The position numbers were made by a program, and so were the translations under genes. A model generated the notes under the pieces. The model searched no databases. It saw only the letters and a list, made by a program, of their open reading frames with translations, and was not told the origin of the DNA. A stretch of DNA of 63,318 nt from a virus (Duplodnaviria > Caudoviricetes): positions 1 through 63,318 of IMG/VR virus record IMGVR_UViG_3300032227_001118; one strand, 5' to 3'. Shown in pieces: positions 25,744-33,892 of the stretch (the stretch's first letter is position 1; every line of letters starts with the position of its first letter).

Positions 25744-26775
25744 TTAGGCGTTGCGATTAGGAGCACCGTTTAGCGGGCTCTTAACTTGACCAACACTGGT
25801 CTGGCCAGCCTTGTCGCCTGTTCCACTTCCAACCGGACCTGGGGTCTTGTTGTTGCCTGGGTATCCAGAACCTTGCTTGTTTAGAGCAGCACCATCTTTC
25901 ATGCTGGCTTTTGCGCTACTGGCAATATTCTTTTCAACACCTTTAGTAAACTGACCGCCACTCTTAAGTAGACCGCCAACTTTACCACGTGGTGTTGTAC
26001 CGTCTTCGTCTGCTGTAGCACTCTTACCTAGGATGTTTTTAGCATCGGCGCCAGTTGTTGGCTTGCCTTTACCGCTGCTTACAATACTCTTGGTATTGGT
26101 ACCACTGGGCATTTTCTCGCCTGTGTTAGCACCTGCGATACCGCCTTCGGCAGCACCTTTCTTTTCAGCACCGTGACCGGCAGGGACAGCTTCGCGATAT
26201 TCACGTAAACGACGTCCTTCAAAAAAGCCCATTTCAAGCTCTTCATCACCTTCTTCGTCGCCAAACTCGTCGCCGCCCATTTCTTCGTCGCCAAACTCGT
26301 CGCCGCCCATTTCTCCACCTTGAGCTGCTTCTAATTCAGCAAAGGCTGCTTCTAGTTCTTCAATGGCGTTTTTGATGTCAAACATGGCCTGTTCTTCGCC
26401 ACCTTCTTCACCGTCCATTTCGTCGCCCATGGTGTCCATGCCTAAATCGTCTGTGGCATCACCGGCTGCAAAACCGTTATCGTCTTCTTCGTCATCGGCT
26501 TCCATTGAAAAACTATCTTCTAGTTCTTCGTCACCTTCGTCCATTTCTTCATCGGCACCTTCGTCGACTTCATCGTCCATAGACTCATCCATCTCGTCGT
26601 CGGCACCTTCGTCCATTTCCTCGTCCTTCATGGACTCATCCATTTCCTCATCGGCAATGAGGTTCTCATAAATTGTTCTTGACTTTTCTACAACGATTTC
26701 ATGGAAAAGCTCATTGGCCTTATCCATTTCTTCGTTTACTAGATAGTCTAATAGTTGTTCAAATTTCGTAGACAT
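25744..26775 (-). CDS. Prohead core/internal protein (acidic N-half, basic Gly/Lys C-half)
   Basis: ATG at 26775 after GGAG; lies between portal and protease like T4 gp67/gp68; D/E/M-rich repeats. Confidence 0.65.
   Translation of the reverse strand: MSTKFEQLLDYLVNEEMDKANELFHEIVVEKSRTIYENLIADEEMDESMKDEEMDEGADDEMDESMDDEVDEGADEEMDEGDEELEDSFSMEADDEEDDNGFAAGDATDDLGMDTMGDEMDGEEGGEEQAMFDIKNAIEELEAAFAELEAAQGGEMGGDEFGDEEMGGDEFGDEEGDEELEMGFFEGRRLREYREAVPAGHGAEKKGAAEGGIAGANTGEKMPSGTNTKSIVSSGKGKPTTGADAKNILGKSATADEDGTTPRGKVGGLLKSGGQFTKGVEKNIASSAKASMKDGAALNKQGSGYPGNNKTPGPVGSGTGDKAGQTSVGQVKSPLNGAPNRNA
26251..26310 (-). repeat. Exact 30-bp tandem duplication (MGGDEFGDEE)
   Basis: ttcttcgtcgccaaactcgtcgccgcccat x2. 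Confidence 0.9.
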
Positions 26776-26954
26776 TTGCAAATTCTCCTATAGGGTAGCG
26801 GCAAGGCTATACTATATTTAAGATCATTACAAATATGCTACAGGAAATAGGCCAAAAACACGCAATTTTGGTCCTGAGAGGTAGAATTTAATAAATTCTG
26901 TTGTGGTTTCGTTTAAAATATTTAGCTTTAAAAAATCAAAGTTATATACATAGT

Positions 26955-27200
26955 TTATGCTGGTGCTGCATCAGCCGGCGGAGCAGCATACATTTTTCTA
27001 ACTAATCCCAATTCTTTTTTAACTTCTTTACTGTGAGATTCAGCTGCTTTGCGTATGGTATTGATCATACGCAATGTCAATCTGCTTTTACGTAGGTCGC
27101 CTTGCCGCAACACCGTAGTATCATTTTGACTGAGATATCTGCCGTCCTCTTGTGGATCTGCATGATCCTTATCAAAATAAATGAATTCTCGCAGTATCAT
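26955..27200 (-). CDS. Small prohead core-like protein (81 aa, MILREF...)
   Basis: ATG at 27200 lies right after a GATAAATA promoter (27206-27213) and avoids overlap with portal; RKSRLTLRMINTIRK motif. Confidence 0.65.
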   Translation of the reverse strand: MILREFIYFDKDHADPQEDGRYLSQNDTTVLRQGDLRKSRLTLRMINTIRKAAESHSKEVKKELGLVRKMYAAPPADAAPA

Positions 27201-27205
27201 AGCAT

Positions 27206-27213
27206 TATTTATC
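27206..27213 (-). promoter_or_regulatory. Late promoter GATAAATA
   Basis: NATAAATA immediately after the portal stop codon, 5 nt before the ATG. Confidence 0.6.
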
Positions 27214-28953
27214 TCAAGCTGCAGGAGCAGCACCGCCGGGTGCAGGAGGTGCTGGCCCACCTGCTGTAGGAGCACCTTCTTCACCTGCAGATGCCGGCTC
27301 TGCTGTATTGGCACCCAGGCTGCTTAAATCGCCGGCCATGGTATTGGCAGTAACTCCAGCACTACGCATTTCGGCACTGGCACTGAGCTTGGTATCTTCA
27401 TCTATATTTTCTTCGTTCCACATGCGTTCATTCTCTGCCACCTCCTCCGCAGTCATTCCTAAGAAACGTTTCATAGCAAATCTCTTACTAACAAAAGGTA
27501 CAGCTACCATAACATTAAATGTGTTGACACGGGCTGTATCCATTTCTGCTTGACGATAACTAGCAAAATTCTGCGGGGGATTAAACTTAACATCAAAAAT
27601 ATTACTATCAATGTTAATACCTTTATTATTTAAATATCGTTTGAATTCAGTATCGAATGCTTCGTGCATGAGACTTTGTAGTCGTTTACAGTATTCGTTA
27701 AATCGCAATTCTTGAATATATGCTGTGCCTACTCTACCGTCATTGAAGTTGCTGCCACCGTCATCGCTACCAGTAGGCAAATAGCTGCTAGGTATTCTAA
27801 GAGCTCTAAACAATTTGTTTGTGAAGTATTTGAGGTCATCAATTTCTCCCAGATTTTGTCCACCTTGAAGAATTTCTACTTTACTACCACGGCCCTCTGC
27901 TGTCTGTGGAAAGAAGTAATCTTCATTGATACTAAGTGGATTATACCCTGCATCTACTACAGTTTGACTACCTCCAGTAGTACTGGGTATACGACGTTGA
28001 TTAACTTCGTTCTTGACACGCTCAACAAAACTCATGGCCAAATGACTGGGCATGTTGCCCACGTCAATGTAAAATACACGACGTTCCGGAGCACGTTGAA
28101 TACGATAGATTAGAATACTGTCTTCAAGTAGTTCTTTTTGTTTGAATACTTTGAAGATGCTTTCCATCAAGCTGTTACCAAAAGGGTAGTTGTTGTCCAA
28201 CCCTTCACTCATGCTGATATGTATTACATGCTTGGCGTCAATGGCATATTGATTTTGATTTTGTTGGAATCTACTGCTGTTGGTGCTGGTAGGAAATGCC
28301 CCAACCATGCCACGACTTCCGCCGGCACCGCCTTGTCCTGTGCCATAACTACCGCCGACTTGACTGCCCCCGGCATGCAGGTTACTGGGATTAATGGCAG
28401 TGGTGGCCAGTGTTTCCAAATTGGGATTAAAGTCTCTAATGATATATTGTTCGGGTTTTTTACCTTCGCTTTCGTTTACAATGACTTTATCAACTTTGGC
28501 AGGATCAATATACATCCATGCTTGTGTTTCTGGGTCTCTTACAAAGAATGTGTCACCGTATTTGAAAGCATTACGAACTATTTTAAAAATTCTAGTATGA
28601 AACTTGTTTAGTTTAGTCCATTGTTGCAGATATTTTTTAATGATCTTGATTTCAGTACCGGTGGCAGATTCTTTAAAGAATACCTGAAAAGGTGTACCAT
28701 TTTCTTCGTTGGCTTGTGTACAGAATTCTGCCAGAATATCCAATGCAGCGTTGACTTCGCTGTCCCAGTCCATGGTATCGTATTGACCATAGCGTTCAAG
28801 ACGATTAGGATGACCAGAATATACATCAGGCAAGTAGCTGGAATAGTTAGTTCTGCTAGGGTTAGCCGAGCTGTTTCCAGCCATCGATCCGCTAACCGGA
28901 CTTAGTCGTCCGCCAGTGTTAACGGGAGTAAAATACTTACGCCACCCTGCCAT
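27214..28953 (-). CDS. gp20: Portal vertex protein (gp20)
   Basis: LLEDSILIYRIQRAPERRVFYIDVGNMP, EDYFFPQ..GRGSKVEIL.GGQNLGEIDDLKYF..KL..ALRIP.S, ELRF motifs. Confidence 0.97.
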   Translation of the reverse strand: MAGWRKYFTPVNTGGRLSPVSGSMAGNSSANPSRTNYSSYLPDVYSGHPNRLERYGQYDTMDWDSEVNAALDILAEFCTQANEENGTPFQVFFKESATGTEIKIIKKYLQQWTKLNKFHTRIFKIVRNAFKYGDTFFVRDPETQAWMYIDPAKVDKVIVNESEGKKPEQYIIRDFNPNLETLATTAINPSNLHAGGSQVGGSYGTGQGGAGGSRGMVGAFPTSTNSSRFQQNQNQYAIDAKHVIHISMSEGLDNNYPFGNSLMESIFKVFKQKELLEDSILIYRIQRAPERRVFYIDVGNMPSHLAMSFVERVKNEVNQRRIPSTTGGSQTVVDAGYNPLSINEDYFFPQTAEGRGSKVEILQGGQNLGEIDDLKYFTNKLFRALRIPSSYLPTGSDDGGSNFNDGRVGTAYIQELRFNEYCKRLQSLMHEAFDTEFKRYLNNKGINIDSNIFDVKFNPPQNFASYRQAEMDTARVNTFNVMVAVPFVSKRFAMKRFLGMTAEEVAENERMWNEENIDEDTKLSASAEMRSAGVTANTMAGDLSSLGANTAEPASAGEEGAPTAGGPAPPAPGGAAPAA

Positions 28954-28990
28954 TAGAGTTCCCTGCTACTGAATTGTTTGTTTGACATAG

Positions 28991-31042
28991 TTAAGCCGCA
29001 AATAGGTTTCCGTTTAGGCCCTTTGTAGCAGTTAGTGTTCGTTTGCTGACTTCTACCAATTCTCGAACTGCTGACAGCATTTGACCGTTAATGCTATTTA
29101 ACTGATCTATACTTTCTTTCATGCCGTTCTGATTAGTCATTGATGCTACCATTGCTGTGAGATTGTCATTGTTAATAACATCACCACGAGTTCCAAGATT
29201 TAATACTTCAGGTCCTTCTTCCCCAACTAGATAAGATCCAGGCGTTGTTTCACCACCTTCTGCTTTACCTTTAGGATTAGCAGGAACGCTCGAAGTTTTT
29301 GTCTTTGTTGGGTCACCCCAAAATGAATTGCCTATCCTATCTCCTAATGCCTCTCCTTGTTTTACTATACCGTCTACTATTTGATCTACCAAGGGTTTTT
29401 CAGATTTAGATGATGTTGCTGCTCCGGGTTTGGTTGACGATCCTCCAAAAAAAGATGATAATGACGGAATTGATTCTTTAATATATTTCATTACCCCGTC
29501 CCACCCTGATCTTAAATCTGTAAAGAATCTTTTTTGTGCATCTTTATCACCAAATAATGTTTTTGTTCCATCTTCTATCACACTGCCTGCTTTGTCTATC
29601 CATCCTCCAAGTTTTTTCATCAGCTCATCTGAAGACATGGTTGCTCCTATCACAGTTTCTACAGCAGGACCTATTTGTTCCGCGGTGTTTTTAACATAAC
29701 TAATTATTGCCGGTAGTTTTTCAGATATTGCCGTAGCAGTACCATTTAGTACTCCAGAGATTTCAGTTCCCGCTTTTAAGGCCGAATCGAGAATAGGTTG
29801 CATCGATCTCAAAATATCATTTGAAGATTTTATTATTGCCCGTTGCTGATCCATGCCTATGGTAGCCTCGGATGTTTGAGGTGCAGTTATTCTATGTTTT
29901 GAAAGCATTTCATTTATTTCTGCAACACTTTTTCCGTATGTGGTGTTTAACAATTTGGTAATTGCTTCAACAGATTTACTAAGATCCTCTCCACCTTTTA
30001 GCGCCATGGCCATGAGAACAGGTCCTATTCGTTTTTGATCTTCCTTCATACCTTCTAACGAGTTTGCTAATATTTGTTTTGATTGACTTCGGAAAGTATC
30101 AAGATCCACACTGGAGTCTTTTATTTTGCTCATCAATTCTCGTTGTCTTTCTACACTGGCTTCTTGCGTGGCAGTAAACATCTGCGAGGCCTTTGTCATC
30201 GGTGGGAACCCAGCGGCACTGGCTTTTAATGCGTCGGCTCCTGCTTTCCCTGTTGCCGCAAATTCCAGTGCCACAGCCTCTTGAAGTTTCGCGGCTTCCT
30301 TAGGATCAAGTGTATTAAGGAAATTCTGAAACTGTGCTTCGGCCATTTCTTCGTTGACTTTTTCAGCTAATGCTTTTCTACTTTGCCCTGTTAAATCGCT
30401 AAGTCCAGTTAACTCCGCAGCATAGTCAGCAGTGGCTTTTGCCAATTGGTCAGCACTCATCTGCCCTGTTCTATTCATATTGCCTTGGCCGCGCATGAAT
30501 TGTGCGGTCAGTTGTGCTGCTTCTTCAAATCCAATACCAAGATTGGCCAACATGTTGCCAGTTTCTTTTCCGTTTTGTAAACTTGCCAACACATTAGAAA
30601 AGGCTTTGGTTCCTCCTTCTACGCCTCCTTTAAATGATGCCAATACATCTGCATTTGCACCAACTACTTTTCCAAATTGATCCATGCTGAGATAAGTTTT
30701 ATTGGCAGTCTCTCGTAGAGTAGAGAGGCTTCCGCCAAATGTGGCACCAACATTGCTAAGGGCCTGCTGTGTTGTTATGTTCTTTTCTAAAGTTGATATA
30801 GCAGTGTTTAAAACCGAAGCAAATGCTGCTCCCAATCCAGGAAACAGACTTGCAACCTGTCCAACAGCCGCTCCCATATCGGTAAGGCTGGCTGCTCCAC
30901 TGGTAGCAGCCTTGGACATGCTAAAAGAAGAAGAAACAAATGTATTAATTACGTTGGAAGCACTGCCGTTAAATTTACCAAGGACAGCTACGGCGCCGGT
31001 GACTGCAGCAGTAAATGCCAATGTTTGTGCTGTTTCATCCAT
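28991..31042 (-). CDS. Tape-measure-like protein
   Basis: 683 aa; Ala/Gly-rich helical; L.GLS.LTG.SRK pattern; C-terminal A.GG.....YLVGEEGPE motif typical of tape measure proteins. Confidence 0.7.
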   Translation of the reverse strand: MDETAQTLAFTAAVTGAVAVLGKFNGSASNVINTFVSSSFSMSKAATSGAASLTDMGAAVGQVASLFPGLGAAFASVLNTAISTLEKNITTQQALSNVGATFGGSLSTLRETANKTYLSMDQFGKVVGANADVLASFKGGVEGGTKAFSNVLASLQNGKETGNMLANLGIGFEEAAQLTAQFMRGQGNMNRTGQMSADQLAKATADYAAELTGLSDLTGQSRKALAEKVNEEMAEAQFQNFLNTLDPKEAAKLQEAVALEFAATGKAGADALKASAAGFPPMTKASQMFTATQEASVERQRELMSKIKDSSVDLDTFRSQSKQILANSLEGMKEDQKRIGPVLMAMALKGGEDLSKSVEAITKLLNTTYGKSVAEINEMLSKHRITAPQTSEATIGMDQQRAIIKSSNDILRSMQPILDSALKAGTEISGVLNGTATAISEKLPAIISYVKNTAEQIGPAVETVIGATMSSDELMKKLGGWIDKAGSVIEDGTKTLFGDKDAQKRFFTDLRSGWDGVMKYIKESIPSLSSFFGGSSTKPGAATSSKSEKPLVDQIVDGIVKQGEALGDRIGNSFWGDPTKTKTSSVPANPKGKAEGGETTPGSYLVGEEGPEVLNLGTRGDVINNDNLTAMVASMTNQNGMKESIDQLNSINGQMLSAVRELVEVSKRTLTATKGLNGNLFAA

Positions 31043-31066
31043 TTAGTTTTTCCAATAAAATGCTCA

Positions 31067-31074
31067 TATAAATA
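31067..31074 (+). promoter_or_regulatory. Late promoter TATAAATA for the gp26-like gene
   Basis: Exact consensus upstream of a GGAG RBS and the ATG at 31107. Confidence 0.7.
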
Positions 31075-31087
31075 TATCTATAATATG

Positions 31088-31095
31088 TATTTATT
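31088..31095 (-). promoter_or_regulatory. Late promoter AATAAATA for the tape-measure gene
   Basis: NATAAATA on the minus strand upstream of the ATG at 31042. Confidence 0.6.
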
Positions 31096-31106
31096 GGAGA
31101 CAAGAT

Positions 31107-31979
31107 ATGACTATTCAAGCAAAAGTAAATCCCTTACTTGGCTACATGAGACAACCAAAGATCTATGTTCGATTACCGAGTAATGGTCTTTTTTGGGAAG
31201 AAGGCAGTATTGACATGCCAGAGAATAGCGAACTTCCAGTATATTCAATGTCAGCAAAAGACGAATTAACATTTAAAACTCCTGATGCATTAATGAATGG
31301 TCAAGCAGTTGTTGATGTTATTCAAAGTTGTATTCCTAATATAAAAGATGCATGGCGGTGTCCGGGCATAGATGTAGACCTTATATTAATTGCAATTAGG
31401 ATTGCGACCTATGGAGGTATGATGACAATCTCTCATCGAGTCCCTGGAACCGACGATACAGTTGATCACGAGATCGACCTTACCGCAGTAATGGATCAGA
31501 TTTTATCTACAACTCAATGGAACGAAACGGTAGAAATTAGTCCAGGCATTATATGTGGTGTTAAACCGTTATCTTATAGGCTCATGACAGATGTTAGTAT
31601 TAGGACGTTTGAATCACAAAAAACCATACAGTCTATTGCCGACTCTGATCTAACAGATGAACAAAAATTGGAATTTTTTAATCAAGGAATATCAAAACTA
31701 ACCGATCTCACAGTGGAAATGATTGCAGAAAGTGTGTTCTATGTAAAGACCCCAGATAACTTTGTTGAAGATAAGACATTTATCCAAGAGTTTATTAAAA
31801 ATGCAGATGCAGGTCTCATACAGAAAATTCAAGACCTTATCAATGAAAATAAAAAGACTATAGGTATCTTACCGCTAACTGTTCATGCTACAGAAGAACA
31901 GATTCTTGCCGGAGTACCCGAATCTTATGAGTTACCTATTACCATGGACAACTCTAATTTTTTCGTTCGCGGCTCTTAA
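31107..31979 (+). CDS. gp26: Baseplate hub assembly protein (T4 gp26-like) / tail assembly chaperone
   Basis: RQPKIYVRLPS.G, MSAKDEL, IQSCIP, DVDLILIAIRIATYG motifs; ends ...SNFFVRGS. Confidence 0.75.
   Translation: MTIQAKVNPLLGYMRQPKIYVRLPSNGLFWEEGSIDMPENSELPVYSMSAKDELTFKTPDALMNGQAVVDVIQSCIPNIKDAWRCPGIDVDLILIAIRIATYGGMMTISHRVPGTDDTVDHEIDLTAVMDQILSTTQWNETVEISPGIICGVKPLSYRLMTDVSIRTFESQKTIQSIADSDLTDEQKLEFFNQGISKLTDLTVEMIAESVFYVKTPDNFVEDKTFIQEFIKNADAGLIQKIQDLINENKKTIGILPLTVHATEEQILAGVPESYELPITMDNSNFFVRGS
31958..31964 (+). other. Candidate -1 ribosomal frameshift heptamer T_TTT_TTC
   Basis: X_XXY_YYZ pattern in the correct phase (AAT TTT TTC), 4 codons before the stop; -1 frame opens exactly here. 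Confidence 0.75.
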
Positions 31980-32194
31980 CATTATCTAACGATGAAATTA
32001 TCAAACTAGTTGAGAGCCTTGAAAAAGAATCAAAATCATTGAAGAAAGAATTATTTAGATTATGTTGGTACATGAGAGGATCTATTACTATAGAGCAAGC
32101 CTTTCAATTAGATTTTGAAAACAGAGAAATCATTAACGGTATTATTAGTGAGAACTTAGAAACAACGAAGGAAAGCGGACTTCCTTTCTTTTAA
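31958..32194 (+). CDS. -1 frame extension of gp26-like gene (gp51-like / 'T' ORF); absent from ORF track
   Basis: FFRSRLLTLSNDEIIKLVESLEKESKSLKKELFRLCWYMRGSITIEQAFQLDFENREIINGIISENLETTKESGLPFF*; preceded by in-frame TAA at 31955-57; no start codon near its 5' end. Confidence 0.75.
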   Translation, partial: FFRSRLLTLSNDEIIKLVESLEKESKSLKKELFRLCWYMRGSITIEQAFQLDFENREIINGIISENLETTKESGLPFF

Positions 32195-32625
32195 TACTGA
32201 GAAGTGAACTACGTTCACTTGATATTTCGCGCGAAGCGCTCATATCCTATGGTCTTCTTCGAAGAAGATAATAATATTATCCAGATTCAATGGTCACACT
32301 TCGCCCGCACAGGGCAAAGAGTGTTGAACATTATCCGAGTTCTTACGTTCACTTAGTGTTAGAGCGTTACAGAGGCGGTCATCCGGTACCTCGAGCTCCG
32401 TCTTCGATATGACGGCAGCATAACAATATACACTAACATATTGGTATGCCCAGGGTTTCTCTCCCTTCTTTTGGCCTGTTAATCCTTTTCAAACAACCAA
32501 ATAGCGGCATTTTGCTATCCTCATCCTTGCGGGTAGTGGTTGAGTCCTCCTAACGGCTGGAGTTTTTCATCCCTGTGACACGCATGTCCAGGTTTAGAAT
32601 CGCATGAAATTAGCCTGCGATAGCC
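32195..32625 (-). ncRNA. Candidate large (~430 nt) structured non-coding RNA, unassigned
   Basis: ORF-free, GC-richer than flanks, at least 10 hairpins/long-range stems; a G-U wobble and a GNRA loop favour the minus strand. Confidence 0.55.
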
Positions 32626-33462
32626 TTAACCGTTAAATTGCCAATCTAAAATTTTATTACAGGATTTTACTATTGTTATTATGTCTTTTTGATTATTATA
32701 TTGTTTGTTATTAATGGTTTTTAATTTGCCTAAGTTGATATATCCAACAGCCAGTTTAGGATCTTCTAATTTATAGGGCCATGATAATTTGCTAGTATTA
32801 TAAAAGTTTTTAAATATTTCGGATAAGTTTGGTATAGTAAAAAATCTTAATGTATGATATGATGAATATTGGTACTGTGGTATTATTTGATCTTTTGGAC
32901 AATCTATATCATTAGATAAAAACAATTCTATAGGGTGTCTACCTACATGGCAATATTGTAATGTTAAATCTCCAAAATTAACATATGGTTTAAAAAATTT
33001 AAAATCTTCATCATCTATTTTTATTTTATGGGAATTATCACAACATAATAGTAGGTATATATTTTCTTTTCTAGATTTATTTAAAATTTGTTGCAACCCG
33101 TGAATCAAATCATTAAATCTTGTAAACTGATTTCTTTTTATAGGATCTAATTCTTCTTTTTCTAATTCAGGAAAATGTATGTGTAAACAATTTAAACTTT
33201 TAATAGGATCATTTATTTGCCACTTATTTTCTATTTTTACAGGCAACCAACAGTTTAATTCATCAATTACTTCATTAAAGTCATTTACTAAATCATTATA
33301 TGTTGATAATATACCTCTCCAAGGATTTAAACTTTTTCTAAGATCTATAGGTGATGTTTCTTTAGATAGGTTTACCCAATTTTTAGTAGGAGCATCGTCA
33401 TTTAGTTCATACGAAAATATAAACTGTTCTAATCCATTAGAAAGTATAATTTCATAGTTCAT
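32626..33462 (-). CDS. AT-rich hypothetical protein
   Basis: Probable ATG at 33462 (MNYEIILSNG...) overlapping the end of the GIY-YIG gene; composition far more AT-rich than neighbours; no family recognised. Confidence 0.7.
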   Translation of the reverse strand: MNYEIILSNGLEQFIFSYELNDDAPTKNWVNLSKETSPIDLRKSLNPWRGILSTYNDLVNDFNEVIDELNCWLPVKIENKWQINDPIKSLNCLHIHFPELEKEELDPIKRNQFTRFNDLIHGLQQILNKSRKENIYLLLCCDNSHKIKIDDEDFKFFKPYVNFGDLTLQYCHVGRHPIELFLSNDIDCPKDQIIPQYQYSSYHTLRFFTIPNLSEIFKNFYNTSKLSWPYKLEDPKLAVGYINLGKLKTINNKQYNNQKDIITIVKSCNKILDWQFNG

Positions 33463-33889
33463 TAAATTTTCCGTTAATATGTTTGCCATGTATGCGACAG
33501 TTTATAATGCCATTGTAATAATCATCTGATTCTAATACTCGACGTTCAAACTGTTCGCGTGCCTCAACGTAGCTGGTTTCTGCCTTGCTGCCACAATAAT
33601 GAATTATTTCTCTGGTGAAATTTTCTTTGCCTAATTTTTCTATATCTTCATGGAGGTTAGGACTACTGCCCCAATATTCTTTCCAATCACTGTCTATTTT
33701 GCCTTTAATTCGCTTTCGCTTTTTTGTGCCGTTTTTTAATTTAATTGTTTTATATGTGATTTTACTGAACTTGGCTAGTTTTTTGCCTATGTATTTTCTG
33801 CCTGTAGGAATACATGTGATAATATACACATATCCAACACACTCCTCGGGCAGTTCTTCAATGACTGTACCTTGATAGGTCCAAGTCAT
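33452..33889 (-). CDS. GIY-YIG endonuclease (Seg/EndoII-like, single domain)
   Basis: GYVYIIT....GRKYIGKK, YWGSS, F.REII, catalytic-type E (YVE) and YYN motifs. Confidence 0.85.
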   Translation of the reverse strand: MTWTYQGTVIEELPEECVGYVYIITCIPTGRKYIGKKLAKFSKITYKTIKLKNGTKKRKRIKGKIDSDWKEYWGSSPNLHEDIEKLGKENFTREIIHYCGSKAETSYVEAREQFERRVLESDDYYNGIINCRIHGKHINGKFNEL

Positions 33890-33892
33890 TGA

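Noticed and set aside
27201-27314. N-terminal extension of ORF 26955..27314 overlapping portal
   Set aside because: Alternate-frame read of the portal's low-complexity tail; the ATG at 27200 after a late promoter is a better start
32195-32625. tRNA, tmRNA or RNase P gene
   Set aside because: No cloverleaf/T-loop GTTCRA with CCA end, no tmRNA termini and no RNase P P4 consensus seen
32195-33889. Group I intron carrying a homing endonuclease
   Set aside because: No interrupted host gene (flanking genes are convergent and complete) and no recognisable P7/J8-7 core
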